Part shown: one piece after another, positions 41,052 through 49,177 of the stretch
Numbering within the stretch: position 1 is the stretch's first letter
Layout: each line of letters begins with the position of its first letter
The notes under the pieces: generated by a model
Told to the model about the DNA's origin: nothing
The model's input: the letters and a program-made list of their open reading frames with translations, nothing else
Database searches by the model: none
DNA from: Opitutales bacterium
GTDB lineage: Bacteria; Verrucomicrobiota; Verrucomicrobiia; Opitutales; Coraliomargaritaceae
Assembly (NCBI GenBank): GCA_049598495.1
Contig: JBMYNR010000009.1
Location: 1-49,177 of the forward strand
Direction of reading: 5' to 3'
DNA: 49,177 bases
Position numbers and translations under genes: made by a program

Positions 41052-42449
41052 ATGTCAACTAGCACGAAATACGATCTTGTTGTTATTGGTGGTGGTCCTG
41101 CGGGCTACGCCGCTGCCATTCGCGCGGGCCAGCTCGGTAAAAAGGTGGCCTGTGTGGAGCAAGAGCGCCCCGGTGGGACTTGTTTGAACTGGGGTTGTAT
41201 CCCTTCGAAGGCACTGCTCAAGAGTGCGGAGCTCTACAACAAGCTCCAGCACAGTGAGGAGCTTGGCATTACGGTCAAAGGCTTGGATTACGATTTTTCA
41301 AAGATTGTTGGTCGCTCCCGCAATGTGGCCGATACGATGGCCCAAGGCATTGGCTTTCTCTTCAAGAAGAACAAGGTCGATCATGTGATTGGCACTGGCA
41401 CGATTAATGTGCCCGGGATGGTTGAGATCACGGATGGCAAGGAGAAGGGTCGAATCCTGGCGGCAGAGAGGATTCTGATCGCGACGGGCTGTAAGCCACG
41501 CCGTCTGCCGGATCTTGAAGTGGATGGTGAACGTGTCATGACCTCGCGCCAGGCGCTTGAAATGAAGAAACAACCCAAGTCGATTGTGATCGTGGGTGCG
41601 GGTGCGATTGGCGCTGAATTTGCCTATTTCCTGAATGCTTTCGGCACGAAGGTAACGCTCGTGGAGATGATGGACCAGGTGCTTCCGGTTGAGGATCACG
41701 AAACCGCCGCAGTGGTCGCCCGATCCTTCAAGGGGCAGGGAATTGATTGCCGTGTTTCCACCGCCGTCGAAAATATCAAGGTCAACGCCAAGAGCGTGAA
41801 GATGGATCTCGTAAAGGGGGATAAGAAGGAGAGTATCACCGCCGAATCGATCCTTCTTGCGATCGGTGTGGTGGCAAATACTGAAGGTCTCCTTTCACCA
41901 CGTGTGAAGCTTGATCTGGATCGCGGTTATGTAAAGGTCGACGACAATTACGAGTCCTCCGTCAGGGGTATCTACGCAGCCGGTGATATTATCGGCCCGC
42001 CTTGGTTGGCCCACGTCGCAACTTTCGAAGCGATCCAAGCAGTCAATGGTATGTTTGGTCATGGCAAGCCGGAGCGCGTCCGCGAGTTTCCTGGCTGTAC
42101 CTACTGCCTTCCTCAAGTGGCATCCATCGGTAAGACGGAGAAGAGGCTCAAGGAAGAGGGTATCGATTACAAGGCTGGAAAATTCCCTTTCCAAGCTTCC
42201 GGTAAGGCGGTGGCCTCGAACCAGCCTGAAGGTTTTGTCAAACTACTCGTTGATCCGAAGTATGGCGAGATTCTTGGCGCGCACATTGTGGGTTCTGATG
42301 CCACGGAGCTGATTGCGGAATATGGTCTCGGCATGAAGCTCGAAGCGACCGCGGAGGAGATTCACAATACCATCCATGCGCACCCGACCCTCAGTGAAGC
42401 GATGATGGAAGCAGCTGCGGCCGTCTTCGGTGAGGCGATTCATATCTAG
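41052..42449 (+). CDS. lpdA: Dihydrolipoyl dehydrogenase
   Basis: GGGPAGY, GGTCLNWGCIPSK, GAGAIG, HAHPTLSE. Confidence 0.96.
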   Translation: MSTSTKYDLVVIGGGPAGYAAAIRAGQLGKKVACVEQERPGGTCLNWGCIPSKALLKSAELYNKLQHSEELGITVKGLDYDFSKIVGRSRNVADTMAQGIGFLFKKNKVDHVIGTGTINVPGMVEITDGKEKGRILAAERILIATGCKPRRLPDLEVDGERVMTSRQALEMKKQPKSIVIVGAGAIGAEFAYFLNAFGTKVTLVEMMDQVLPVEDHETAAVVARSFKGQGIDCRVSTAVENIKVNAKSVKMDLVKGDKKESITAESILLAIGVVANTEGLLSPRVKLDLDRGYVKVDDNYESSVRGIYAAGDIIGPPWLAHVATFEAIQAVNGMFGHGKPERVREFPGCTYCLPQVASIGKTEKRLKEEGIDYKAGKFPFQASGKAVASNQPEGFVKLLVDPKYGEILGAHIVGSDATELIAEYGLGMKLEATAEEIHNTIHAHPTLSEAMMEAAAAVFGEAIHI

Positions 42450-42468
42450 ACCGGTGGAAGATTTTTCC

Positions 42469-42498
42469 AGAGGTCGGGTTGATGCCCGGCCTCTTTTT
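42469..42498 (+). terminator. Intrinsic terminator after lpdA
   Basis: AGAGGTCGGG-TTGATG-CCCGGCCTCT followed by TTTT. Confidence 0.7.
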
Positions 42499-42684
42499 AT
42501 GGACCACCGTCATTTTTCGGGGAACGATGAAAGTGCATTGTGGTAGCCGACTCGGCATCGACCGAGGTCGAGCCCTACGAGAACAGTCATTTTTGTAGGG
42601 CCTTAGCTTGCTAAGGCCGCTTGCCGCTAAGAAGACGATCGACGCCTCTCCCTCCACTCTGACGAGGATTCCTTCTTTGCGCCT

Positions 42685-43113
42685 TCATCTTAGTGGATTC
42701 ACCCACCTGACCCCATTGAAGCGGTCGAAGTCGCGGTCATTGCTGTAGATCGTTGCCGAATGCTCTCTCGCGTGTAGTGCGATCAACGCATCCGTGCTGA
42801 GATTGCCGCCCATTTGCGCGTCTTCCAGTAGTTCAAAAAAGACCGGTAAACCGCGATCGGAAACCTGAATCAGACGGACCTGTGGAGCCGCGAACCACTC
42901 TTCCACGAGTTCTCGGACTTGTTCGATGCTGAGAGGATTCTGTGAGAGCTGTGGGTGCGTCATGATTCGGGTAAAGGCGAGCACGACGACCCAAGGAATG
43001 CCGACCGGTTTCGAACCTGAGAGAGTCGCCTCCCACCAGTCTTTGGCGGATCTGTGTTTCGCGGCGCTGGAATCGTGAGCGTAGATGAGAAGGTTTGCGT
43101 CGGGTAGAATCAT
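42685..43113 (-). CDS. vapC: VapC family PIN-domain toxin
   Basis: MILPDANLLIYA, TDALIA, SNDRDF PIN acidic motifs. Confidence 0.9.
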   Translation of the reverse strand: MILPDANLLIYAHDSSAAKHRSAKDWWEATLSGSKPVGIPWVVVLAFTRIMTHPQLSQNPLSIEQVRELVEEWFAAPQVRLIQVSDRGLPVFFELLEDAQMGGNLSTDALIALHAREHSATIYSNDRDFDRFNGVRWVNPLR

Positions 43114-43382
43114 TCCTCAGCGACTTTGAATGCGTCTTCAGATTCCAGCTGGTCATAAAGCTGGTTCATGCTCATGCCGCGGTAAGCCGGCTTGATGCCG
43201 ACGGCGTAGGTTTGGATGCGCTTCTTTCGATTGGCGTTTGGCGGATGCCCCTGTGCTAATCCTCTTTGAAGCGTTTCCTCCACGATCTTTGTCATCGGGC
43301 GTTTCTCCATGCGGGAGCGTTCTTTAAGCTCCTCCAGAAGCGCATCATTAATGTTTAAAGTGGTCCTCATGAAAAGCATCAT
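43110..43382 (-). CDS. vapB: VapB-type antitoxin
   Basis: MRTTLNINDALL ribbon-helix-helix start; overlaps vapC by 4 nt. Confidence 0.85.
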   Translation of the reverse strand: MMLFMRTTLNINDALLEELKERSRMEKRPMTKIVEETLQRGLAQGHPPNANRKKRIQTYAVGIKPAYRGMSMNQLYDQLESEDAFKVAEE

Positions 43383-43401
43383 GATGCATTTTTAAACGAA
43401 G

Positions 43402-43713
43402 TCAACCTCGGCCAGCACCCACCCGCTCCCGCGCCTCGATGCACTGTGGGCTGCCGGGCTCAAACTTCCGGCAGACCTCGGGTCGTGTGGCGTAGATCCG
43501 GCAGAGTTGGTCGTCTTTTAGGAAAGCGCAGCGCTCGTGGAAGGGTAGCGGGAAGAGTTGGTAGGCCTTGTTCCCGGTCGCCAAGTGTGGTTCGAGTTTC
43601 CGGGCTTCGGTCTGAATCAAGGGTTCCCGCTCGGCATCGGAGCGACTGGCAAAGATTGGAAAGCAGCGGCAGCAAGCACCGCAGTTTTCGCAGTCATACG
43701 CCGTCTCATTCAT
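43402..43713 (-). CDS. YkgJ family cysteine-cluster (CxxCxxCC) protein
   Basis: CENCGACC...RCAFL...LCRIYATRPEVCRKF. Confidence 0.88.
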   Translation of the reverse strand: MNETAYDCENCGACCRCFPIFASRSDAEREPLIQTEARKLEPHLATGNKAYQLFPLPFHERCAFLKDDQLCRIYATRPEVCRKFEPGSPQCIEARERVGAGRG

Positions 43714-44255
43714 TCGCAAATTACTACCAAATCTCCGGTCTCCATCTGGCCGAACAGTTCGATCACATCGGCGTTGAGCATCTCGATGCAACCGCCGCTG
43801 AAGGGCTGGCCGATCCGGTCTTCGTGGTTGCTACCGTGAATATAGATATAGCGGCCGTAGGAGTCGCAACCGGGCCCTGTGTTTTTCCCCGACTCCAGGC
43901 CACGAAGCCTCAGAATACGGCTGGTAATCAGGTTGCGCTCGGCTTCCGCGCCCGAGTATGCCGAATAGTGCTTCGTCGGCACACGGCCCTTAAAAACCAT
44001 GCCCTTGGGCTGATTGTTGCCGATCATGTCAGCAATGGCGTGGAGCCCGGTTGGCGTTCCGTATGAATTCTCAACACAGGAGGGTGGGTTCTTTGAAGTG
44101 GAAATGGGATAGACCTTGGTGAGTTGTCCGTTTTCCAAGAGAGCCATCTCCTGAGTGGCGATCGAAACCACCAGTTGCCGTCTCGTCGGCGTGATTGACA
44201 AGCCCTCGCAGCGTTCATTTATTCGCCCGCTTTCCTTTAAGAAATCAAATGGCAT
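43710..44255 (-). CDS. L,D-transpeptidase (YkuD family)
   Basis: GTPTGLH and YIHGS...SGGCIEM catalytic His/Cys motif; start uncertain. Confidence 0.88.
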   Translation of the reverse strand: MPFDFLKESGRINERCEGLSITPTRRQLVVSIATQEMALLENGQLTKVYPISTSKNPPSCVENSYGTPTGLHAIADMIGNNQPKGMVFKGRVPTKHYSAYSGAEAERNLITSRILRLRGLESGKNTGPGCDSYGRYIYIHGSNHEDRIGQPFSGGCIEMLNADVIELFGQMETGDLVVICE

Positions 44256-45265
44256 ATAACGTTGGCATCCTCGGTGCGACCGGCGCAGTCGGTCAAGAAC
44301 TCATTCGGCTTTTGCACGAGCGGGCTTTTCCCTATGCGGAATTGCGCCTTCTCGCGTCGGCTCGTTCGGCGGGTAAGACCCAGACTTACGAGGATACAAC
44401 TTGGACGATTCAAGAAGCGACTCCCGATGCCTTCGAGGGCTTGGACGTCTGTATCTTCAGTGCGGGTGCTTCGCAGTCGAAGCTCTTTGCCCATGAGGCC
44501 GTTAAGCGTGGCTGTATTGTCATCGATAACAGCTCGGCCTTCCGGATGGATGGGGATGTGCCGCTCGTAGTCCCGGAGATCAACCCGAGTGCGACCTTTG
44601 AGCACAAGGGAATCATCGCGAATCCGAACTGCTCGACCATCATCACGTTGATGGGGCTCTATCCTTTGCACAAGGCCTTCGGTTTGAAGAGTATTATCGC
44701 GTCCACCTATCAGGCGGTCTCGGGGAGTGGTGCGGGTGGCATCATCGAGCTCGAGAACCAGGTCAAGGCGCTCGTCGAGGGTGGCGAGGTGGAGAAGGAG
44801 GTCTATCCCTACCAGATTGCTTTCAACCTGCTGCCGCATGTCGACCGGTTCTTCGACGATGGCTACACCAAGGAGGAGATGAAGATGCTCAACGAAGGCC
44901 GTAAGATCATGAGCCTTCCGGATCTCAAGGTTACCTGCACCTGCGTGCGGGTGCCGGTCTATCGCGCCCACTCGATTTCCGTCAGTGCTTCCTTTGAAAA
45001 GCCTGTCACTGTTGAAGCGGCTCGCGAGGCCGTGGCTGCGTTTGAAGGCGTCGAGCTGGTCGATGATCCGGCGAACCTGAAGTATCCGATGCCGCTCGAT
45101 TACTCCGAAGTGGTGAACTGTGGCGTCGGTCGCATCCGTAAAGACTCGGTGTTCGACAACGGTCTCGCCCTCTGGGTCACCGGCGATCAGGTTTGGAAGG
45201 GCGCCGCGCTCAACGCGATCCAGATTGCTGAGTTGATGCACGCCGAGGGTAAGCTTAAGAGTTAA
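44249..45265 (+). CDS. asd: Aspartate-semialdehyde dehydrogenase
   Basis: GATGAVG, DNSSAFRM, ANPNCST, STYQAVSG, CVRVPV...HS, KGAALNA. Confidence 0.97.
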   Translation: MAYNVGILGATGAVGQELIRLLHERAFPYAELRLLASARSAGKTQTYEDTTWTIQEATPDAFEGLDVCIFSAGASQSKLFAHEAVKRGCIVIDNSSAFRMDGDVPLVVPEINPSATFEHKGIIANPNCSTIITLMGLYPLHKAFGLKSIIASTYQAVSGSGAGGIIELENQVKALVEGGEVEKEVYPYQIAFNLLPHVDRFFDDGYTKEEMKMLNEGRKIMSLPDLKVTCTCVRVPVYRAHSISVSASFEKPVTVEAAREAVAAFEGVELVDDPANLKYPMPLDYSEVVNCGVGRIRKDSVFDNGLALWVTGDQVWKGAALNAIQIAELMHAEGKLKS

Positions 45266-45359
45266 ACCTCCAAATCGTAATCGATATCGAAATCCAAATC
45301 GACCACTGACGAAGATACGAGCTCGAATTCGATGAGGATTTAGATTTCGATTAGGTATC

Positions 45360-45761
45360 ATGGAACTGCATGACCTCAGAACGCTTCTCGACTTCGGCAT
45401 GGTCGTGTTGCTTTGGCTGGTGCAGCGGGTGATCTACCCGGGTTTTCTGGAATGTACGGAAGATCGTCTCGTTATCTGGCACAAGACCTATGTGAAGCGA
45501 GTCGGTCCGATTATCATACCGATGATGTTTCTTCAGTTGCCTCTGGTGGCTTGGCTGACCTGGCAGAATATGATCTGGACGAACATCGCCGCCTTACTTT
45601 GCCTGGCCGCGTGCTGGCTACTGACCTTTGCCGTCTCGGTGCCGCTCCATAATAAGATCGATGCCGGCGACACCAGTCGGCAAATAGTCCATGCGCTCGT
45701 CTATACGAACTGGCCCCGAACCATCCTGTGGACTGCGGCCTTCGTTCTGGGCCAGTTGTGA
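45360..45761 (+). CDS. Hypothetical membrane protein
   Basis: 133-aa hydrophobic ORF (WLVQRVIYP, SVPLH, NWPRTILW). Confidence 0.7.
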   Translation: MELHDLRTLLDFGMVVLLWLVQRVIYPGFLECTEDRLVIWHKTYVKRVGPIIIPMMFLQLPLVAWLTWQNMIWTNIAALLCLAACWLLTFAVSVPLHNKIDAGDTSRQIVHALVYTNWPRTILWTAAFVLGQL

Positions 45762-45827
45762 AGATGGCTCCTCTGCGAATTTAGATCGACGCGGGTGAAA
45801 ATTCACTTTTGATTGGAAAATTTCGTG

Positions 45828-45904
<77 letters not shown>

Positions 45905-46048
45905 TTCCGAAGGAATGCTATTTACGAGCGAAGCGAGATTGGGGTGAGAACCCACGAAGTGGGTTTGACGTAGCGAAGCGGAGATGGGACATCGCGAAGC
46001 GATGGTCTCGCAGAGATGCCGCAGGCACCAACCCCACCGGGCCCACCA
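45905..46048 (+). ncRNA. RtT-like tRNA-linked element ending in a 19-nt duplicate of the tRNA 3' end
   Basis: AACCCCACCGGGCCCACCA at 45886-45904 and 46030-46048; internal GGTGAGAACCCAC-GAA-GTGGGTTTGACG. Confidence 0.7.
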
Positions 46049-46328
46049 CGCGTCGCTCTTCGAGTTGTGCATGGCAGAGCTGAAAGCACAGGGGTATCCG
46101 TTTACGATGCTTGAGTTTCCTCTCTTCATCTGCCTGGATACCCGACTACTAGCGGTCATCAGCGGCATGAAAATGCGTCCCTTCTCTTTGCGCGGCCTTT
46201 GATGGTCAGGTCTTTACCTCATGCCCCGACGCTTTGATAAAGAGCGGAAATCTCGTGGATCATTCCTTGACAGGGCACAAACGAGAGGTTTTTCTCTCCC
46301 GCTTTTCCAAACGTAGAGGACTTTCACT

Positions 46329-46463
46329 ATGAAACCAACATACCGACCTTCAAAACTCCGCCGTGCGCGTAAGTTCGGCTTCCGCGCTCGCAAATCAACC
46401 CACTCCGGTCGCAAGGTTCTGGCCGCCCGCCGCGCGAAGGGCCGCCATCGTCTGGCGGCTTAA
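46329..46463 (+). CDS. rpmH: 50S ribosomal protein L34
   Basis: Too short for the ORF track. Translates [44 protein letters not shown]. Confidence 0.96.
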   Translation: MKPTYRPSKLRRARKFGFRARKSTHSGRKVLAARRAKGRHRLAA

Positions 46464-46489
46464 GTCCGCCCGGGCGTCAGATCGAGGCC

Positions 46490-46843
46490 ATGGGTATCCC
46501 GGCTTCAGCACGCCTGCATAAACCTGTCGAATTTCTAAAGGTCCGCAGTCTGGGTCAGCGTATCCACTGCGGGCCTTTTATCTTTCAATGCAGGTGTTCG
46601 AGTAAGGGTGCGACTCCCCGTGCAGGCATCATTGCCAGTCGTCGGGTGGGGAACGCCGTCAAGCGCAACTATGGCAAGCGGGTCTTTCGCGAGTTATTCC
46701 GCAAGCACATGCCCCTGCTGCCCGAGGGGAGTGAGGTGGTGATCGTGCTTCGGAGTGGCTTTGTTGACTATCCTTTTGAAGAGCTGGAAAAACGTTTTCT
46801 GAAGGCTTGTAAGTCGACCCACGTGGCATCGAAGGGCAGCTGA
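46490..46843 (+). CDS. rnpA: Ribonuclease P protein component
   Basis: SRRVGNAVKRN...KRVFRE motif; canonical position after rpmH. Confidence 0.92.
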   Translation: MGIPASARLHKPVEFLKVRSLGQRIHCGPFIFQCRCSSKGATPRAGIIASRRVGNAVKRNYGKRVFRELFRKHMPLLPEGSEVVIVLRSGFVDYPFEELEKRFLKACKSTHVASKGS

Positions 46844-47184
46844 TGGTTTCGGGGAATACAGATCACCAGCCGGCTCCGGCAGGCTGTTCGGGGCGGTTGT
46901 CCCGCCTCGCTGCCGGTTTGGTACGGGTTTACCAGCTTGTGATCTCGCCGCTAAAACAAATACTTTTCGGCACGAGTTGTGGCTGTCGCTTTCATCCGAC
47001 CTGTTCCTGCTACACGCGCGAGGCACTCCTCAAGCATGGTTTTTTCTATGGTACATGGCTCGGCATGAAACGGATTTTCCGTTGCCATCCTTGGCAGCCC
47101 GGTGGATTTGATCCCGTTCCAGACTTGAAAAACGATGCAAGGCACGACATCTCACCTCCTTTCAAAACACATCTAGATGGATAA
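46843..47184 (+). CDS. yidD: Membrane protein insertion efficiency factor
   Basis: YQLVISP, CRFHPTCS, RIFRCHPW..GGFDPVP. Confidence 0.93.
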   Translation: MVSGNTDHQPAPAGCSGRLSRLAAGLVRVYQLVISPLKQILFGTSCGCRFHPTCSCYTREALLKHGFFYGTWLGMKRIFRCHPWQPGGFDPVPDLKNDARHDISPPFKTHLDG

Positions 47185-49027
47185 AAAGAATACGATTTTA
47201 GGCTTGGTCTTCATTGGCGCCGGGATGGGCTTCATGTTCTGGCAGAGCCAGGAAATGCAAAAACAGCGCCTCGAGGAGCTGCAACAGGCCGAGACGCTGA
47301 CGGCACAGAAAGCGGAATCGACGATGCCGGCCGATGCGGTGATAGCGCCCGTTGAGGGCGAGTGGACATCTCAGTCGTCCAAGCCGAACTCGGCTAAAGT
47401 GGCCGATCTTTTTGAAGAGGTCGAGGCCACCTCGGCCTCGCTTCCGAAGGCGCCGGCGACTGAGGAAACGACACTGCTTCTGTCCAATGAGTATATCGAG
47501 GCGGAGCTCACCACCCATGGGGGGGCGATCCGCGAAGTCGCCTTTCTTAAGACCAAGCATGGGGAACGCGACGACTATGTTTTCAATGAGAACGGCGACC
47601 TCCCGGCACTCAGTTTGAGCCTTAGTTCCGCGGGTGGCGATCTTAGGGAGTTCGCGTTGGATTACCAAGTGGAGCGGCAGACCGAGGACAGTGTGACTTT
47701 CGTGCTCGACGCGGGCGACGGCTTCATCATTCGGCGGACCTATCGCATCGCGCCGACGAACTCGGAGGCGGAGCCCTACATGATTGAGCACACGATCGTT
47801 TTTGAAAACGGGTCGGCCAACCCGAAGGCGCTCAACGCGATCTATCTCAATCTTGGCACGGCTCGCCCGATTTCCCAAGAGATGATTGGGGTCAATTTCC
47901 TTAATGTGGGATATTTTAACGGTGAGGATGCCGAGTTCATTCCAGTGAAGGAACTGACCGGCAGCAGTGGTTTCCTTGGGATCGGGGGCAATGCTCCGCG
48001 TGACCAAATCAAGGAGGCCGCACGCATCGAGTGGTCCTCAGTCAAGAACCAGTTCTTTGCCAGTGTGCTTTCCTCGGAGACCGCTGCCGGCGATCTTGTC
48101 ATTTATCCGGTGGAGGCGCCGAATGACGGCGATGGTATCCCCGGGCGTCCGGGGATCACCGGTAGTGTTGGTTACGATGTCGGTCTGCTTGCTCCGGGTG
48201 AGAGCAAGTCCATGGATTTTAATTTTTATGTGGGTCCCAAGGAGTTCAAGCGCTTGCAGGCACTCGGCAATGAGCAGGACCTCGTCATGCAGTTTGGTAA
48301 GATCTTTGGCTTTTTCAGTAAGCTGCTGCTCGCCTTCATGTATGCGATCCACTCCTTCGTTCCGAGCTGGGGCTGGTCCATCGTGATTATGACGATCTGC
48401 ATCAAGCTGCTCTTCTGGCCGCTGACGGCAAAGGCCAGCCGCTCGCAGAAGCGCATGGCCAAGATTCAGGAGCCGATGGCGGAGCTGAAGGAGAAGTACA
48501 AGGATAACCCGCAGAAGATGCAGCAGGAGACGCTCAAACTCTTCAAGGAGCATCAGGTCAACCCGGTCGCGGGCTGCCTGCCCATGCTGATTCAGATGCC
48601 CATTTTTCTCGGCCTTTTTTATATGTTGCGCACGGCCTCTGAGTTGCGACACGAACCCTTCCTCTGGGTCTCTGATCTCTCGATGCCGGACACCATTGCC
48701 GATATTGGCGGGTTCCCGTTGAATCTGCTCCCTATTATTATGGGGGTGACGATGTTCCTGCAGATGAGTATGATGCCCGTGTCGCCAACAGCGGACCCCA
48801 TGCAGCAGAAAATTTTCAAATTTCTGCCCTTTATTTTCCTCGTTTTCCTTTACAACTTCTCTTCCGGGCTCGTGCTCTATTGGACCGTGCAAAACATCCT
48901 CACAATCGTGCAGCAGAAAATCATCAATAACCAGCCTGATGAGCCACTACAGCCGGTTGCTGCGACTGCCGGTGCGAGGCCGAAGGGTAAGGGCGGGGCG
49001 CCACGAACCAAGTCGAAGCGGAAATAG
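47177..49027 (+). CDS. yidC: Membrane protein insertase YidC
   Basis: WGWSIV, NPVAGCLPMLIQMP, FLWVSDLS, GLVLYW. Confidence 0.96.
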   Translation: MDKKNTILGLVFIGAGMGFMFWQSQEMQKQRLEELQQAETLTAQKAESTMPADAVIAPVEGEWTSQSSKPNSAKVADLFEEVEATSASLPKAPATEETTLLLSNEYIEAELTTHGGAIREVAFLKTKHGERDDYVFNENGDLPALSLSLSSAGGDLREFALDYQVERQTEDSVTFVLDAGDGFIIRRTYRIAPTNSEAEPYMIEHTIVFENGSANPKALNAIYLNLGTARPISQEMIGVNFLNVGYFNGEDAEFIPVKELTGSSGFLGIGGNAPRDQIKEAARIEWSSVKNQFFASVLSSETAAGDLVIYPVEAPNDGDGIPGRPGITGSVGYDVGLLAPGESKSMDFNFYVGPKEFKRLQALGNEQDLVMQFGKIFGFFSKLLLAFMYAIHSFVPSWGWSIVIMTICIKLLFWPLTAKASRSQKRMAKIQEPMAELKEKYKDNPQKMQQETLKLFKEHQVNPVAGCLPMLIQMPIFLGLFYMLRTASELRHEPFLWVSDLSMPDTIADIGGFPLNLLPIIMGVTMFLQMSMMPVSPTADPMQQKIFKFLPFIFLVFLYNFSSGLVLYWTVQNILTIVQQKIINNQPDEPLQPVAATAGARPKGKGGAPRTKSKRK

Positions 49028-49177
49028 CAGGCGGGAAATCTCTGTCTTGGACTAGGTGCGGTTTTACTCGTTCAGATGTCCAGTAACACTCTACGGTGGC
49101 ATTGCCACACGTTGACTTGCCACTAGTGTGGTGTCAGCGAAATAACCTACATTAGAACTTGTACGCTGATTCCGGAT

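Noticed and set aside
45270..45352. ATCGAAATC-rich inverted repeat after asd as a possible ncRNA
   Set aside because: Low-complexity imperfect hairpin, more consistent with a simple intergenic repeat or terminator.
44237..45400. 387-aa minus-strand ORF
   Set aside because: Antisense to asd with no family motifs; explained by codon bias. The same applies to 20099-21082, 23067-23906, 47198-48007 and 48038-48892.
46050..46328. oriC or dnaA promoter region next to rpmH
   Set aside because: No dnaA gene and no cluster of TTATCCACA boxes seen.

Overview
Mostly housekeeping chromosome from a bacterium that looks like Verrucomicrobiota/Opitutia (Coraliomargarita-like). That assignment is inferred from gene style and order, not from a search. 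Contents in order: a decaying DUF1080 + Gfo/Idh/MocA sugar locus; a TPR-ExbB-ExbD-TonB-like operon followed by a dCMP deaminase and YqgE; type-B rpmJ/rpmE; cysH; a deoA-punA-upp salvage cluster; tatA; rpoD with a histone-H1-like N-terminus; dnaG; an orphan nuoA; a PTS-EIIA/diadenylate-cyclase fusion; trpA; hemE/hemF; tRNA-His; a DUF4160/DUF2442 toxin-antitoxin pair; an M29 aminopeptidase; a split dnaX; uppS-cdsA-dxr-rseP; comEC; rarA; lpdA; vapBC; an L,D-transpeptidase; asd; tRNA(CAT); and rpmH-rnpA-yidD-yidC. The intergenic DNA holds many GTAG-type REP palindromes. Main observations: (1) both tRNAs are followed by a related ~150-bp RtT-like element whose internal stem co-varies with the host T-arm and which ends in a 19-nt copy of the host tRNA 3' end; (2) dnaX stops just after an A10 / A_AAA_AAG site and continues in the -1 frame; (3) structural zinc ligands are missing from DnaX, DnaG, L31 and L36; (4) the EIIA-DAC fusion; (5) several genes appear to be leaderless.
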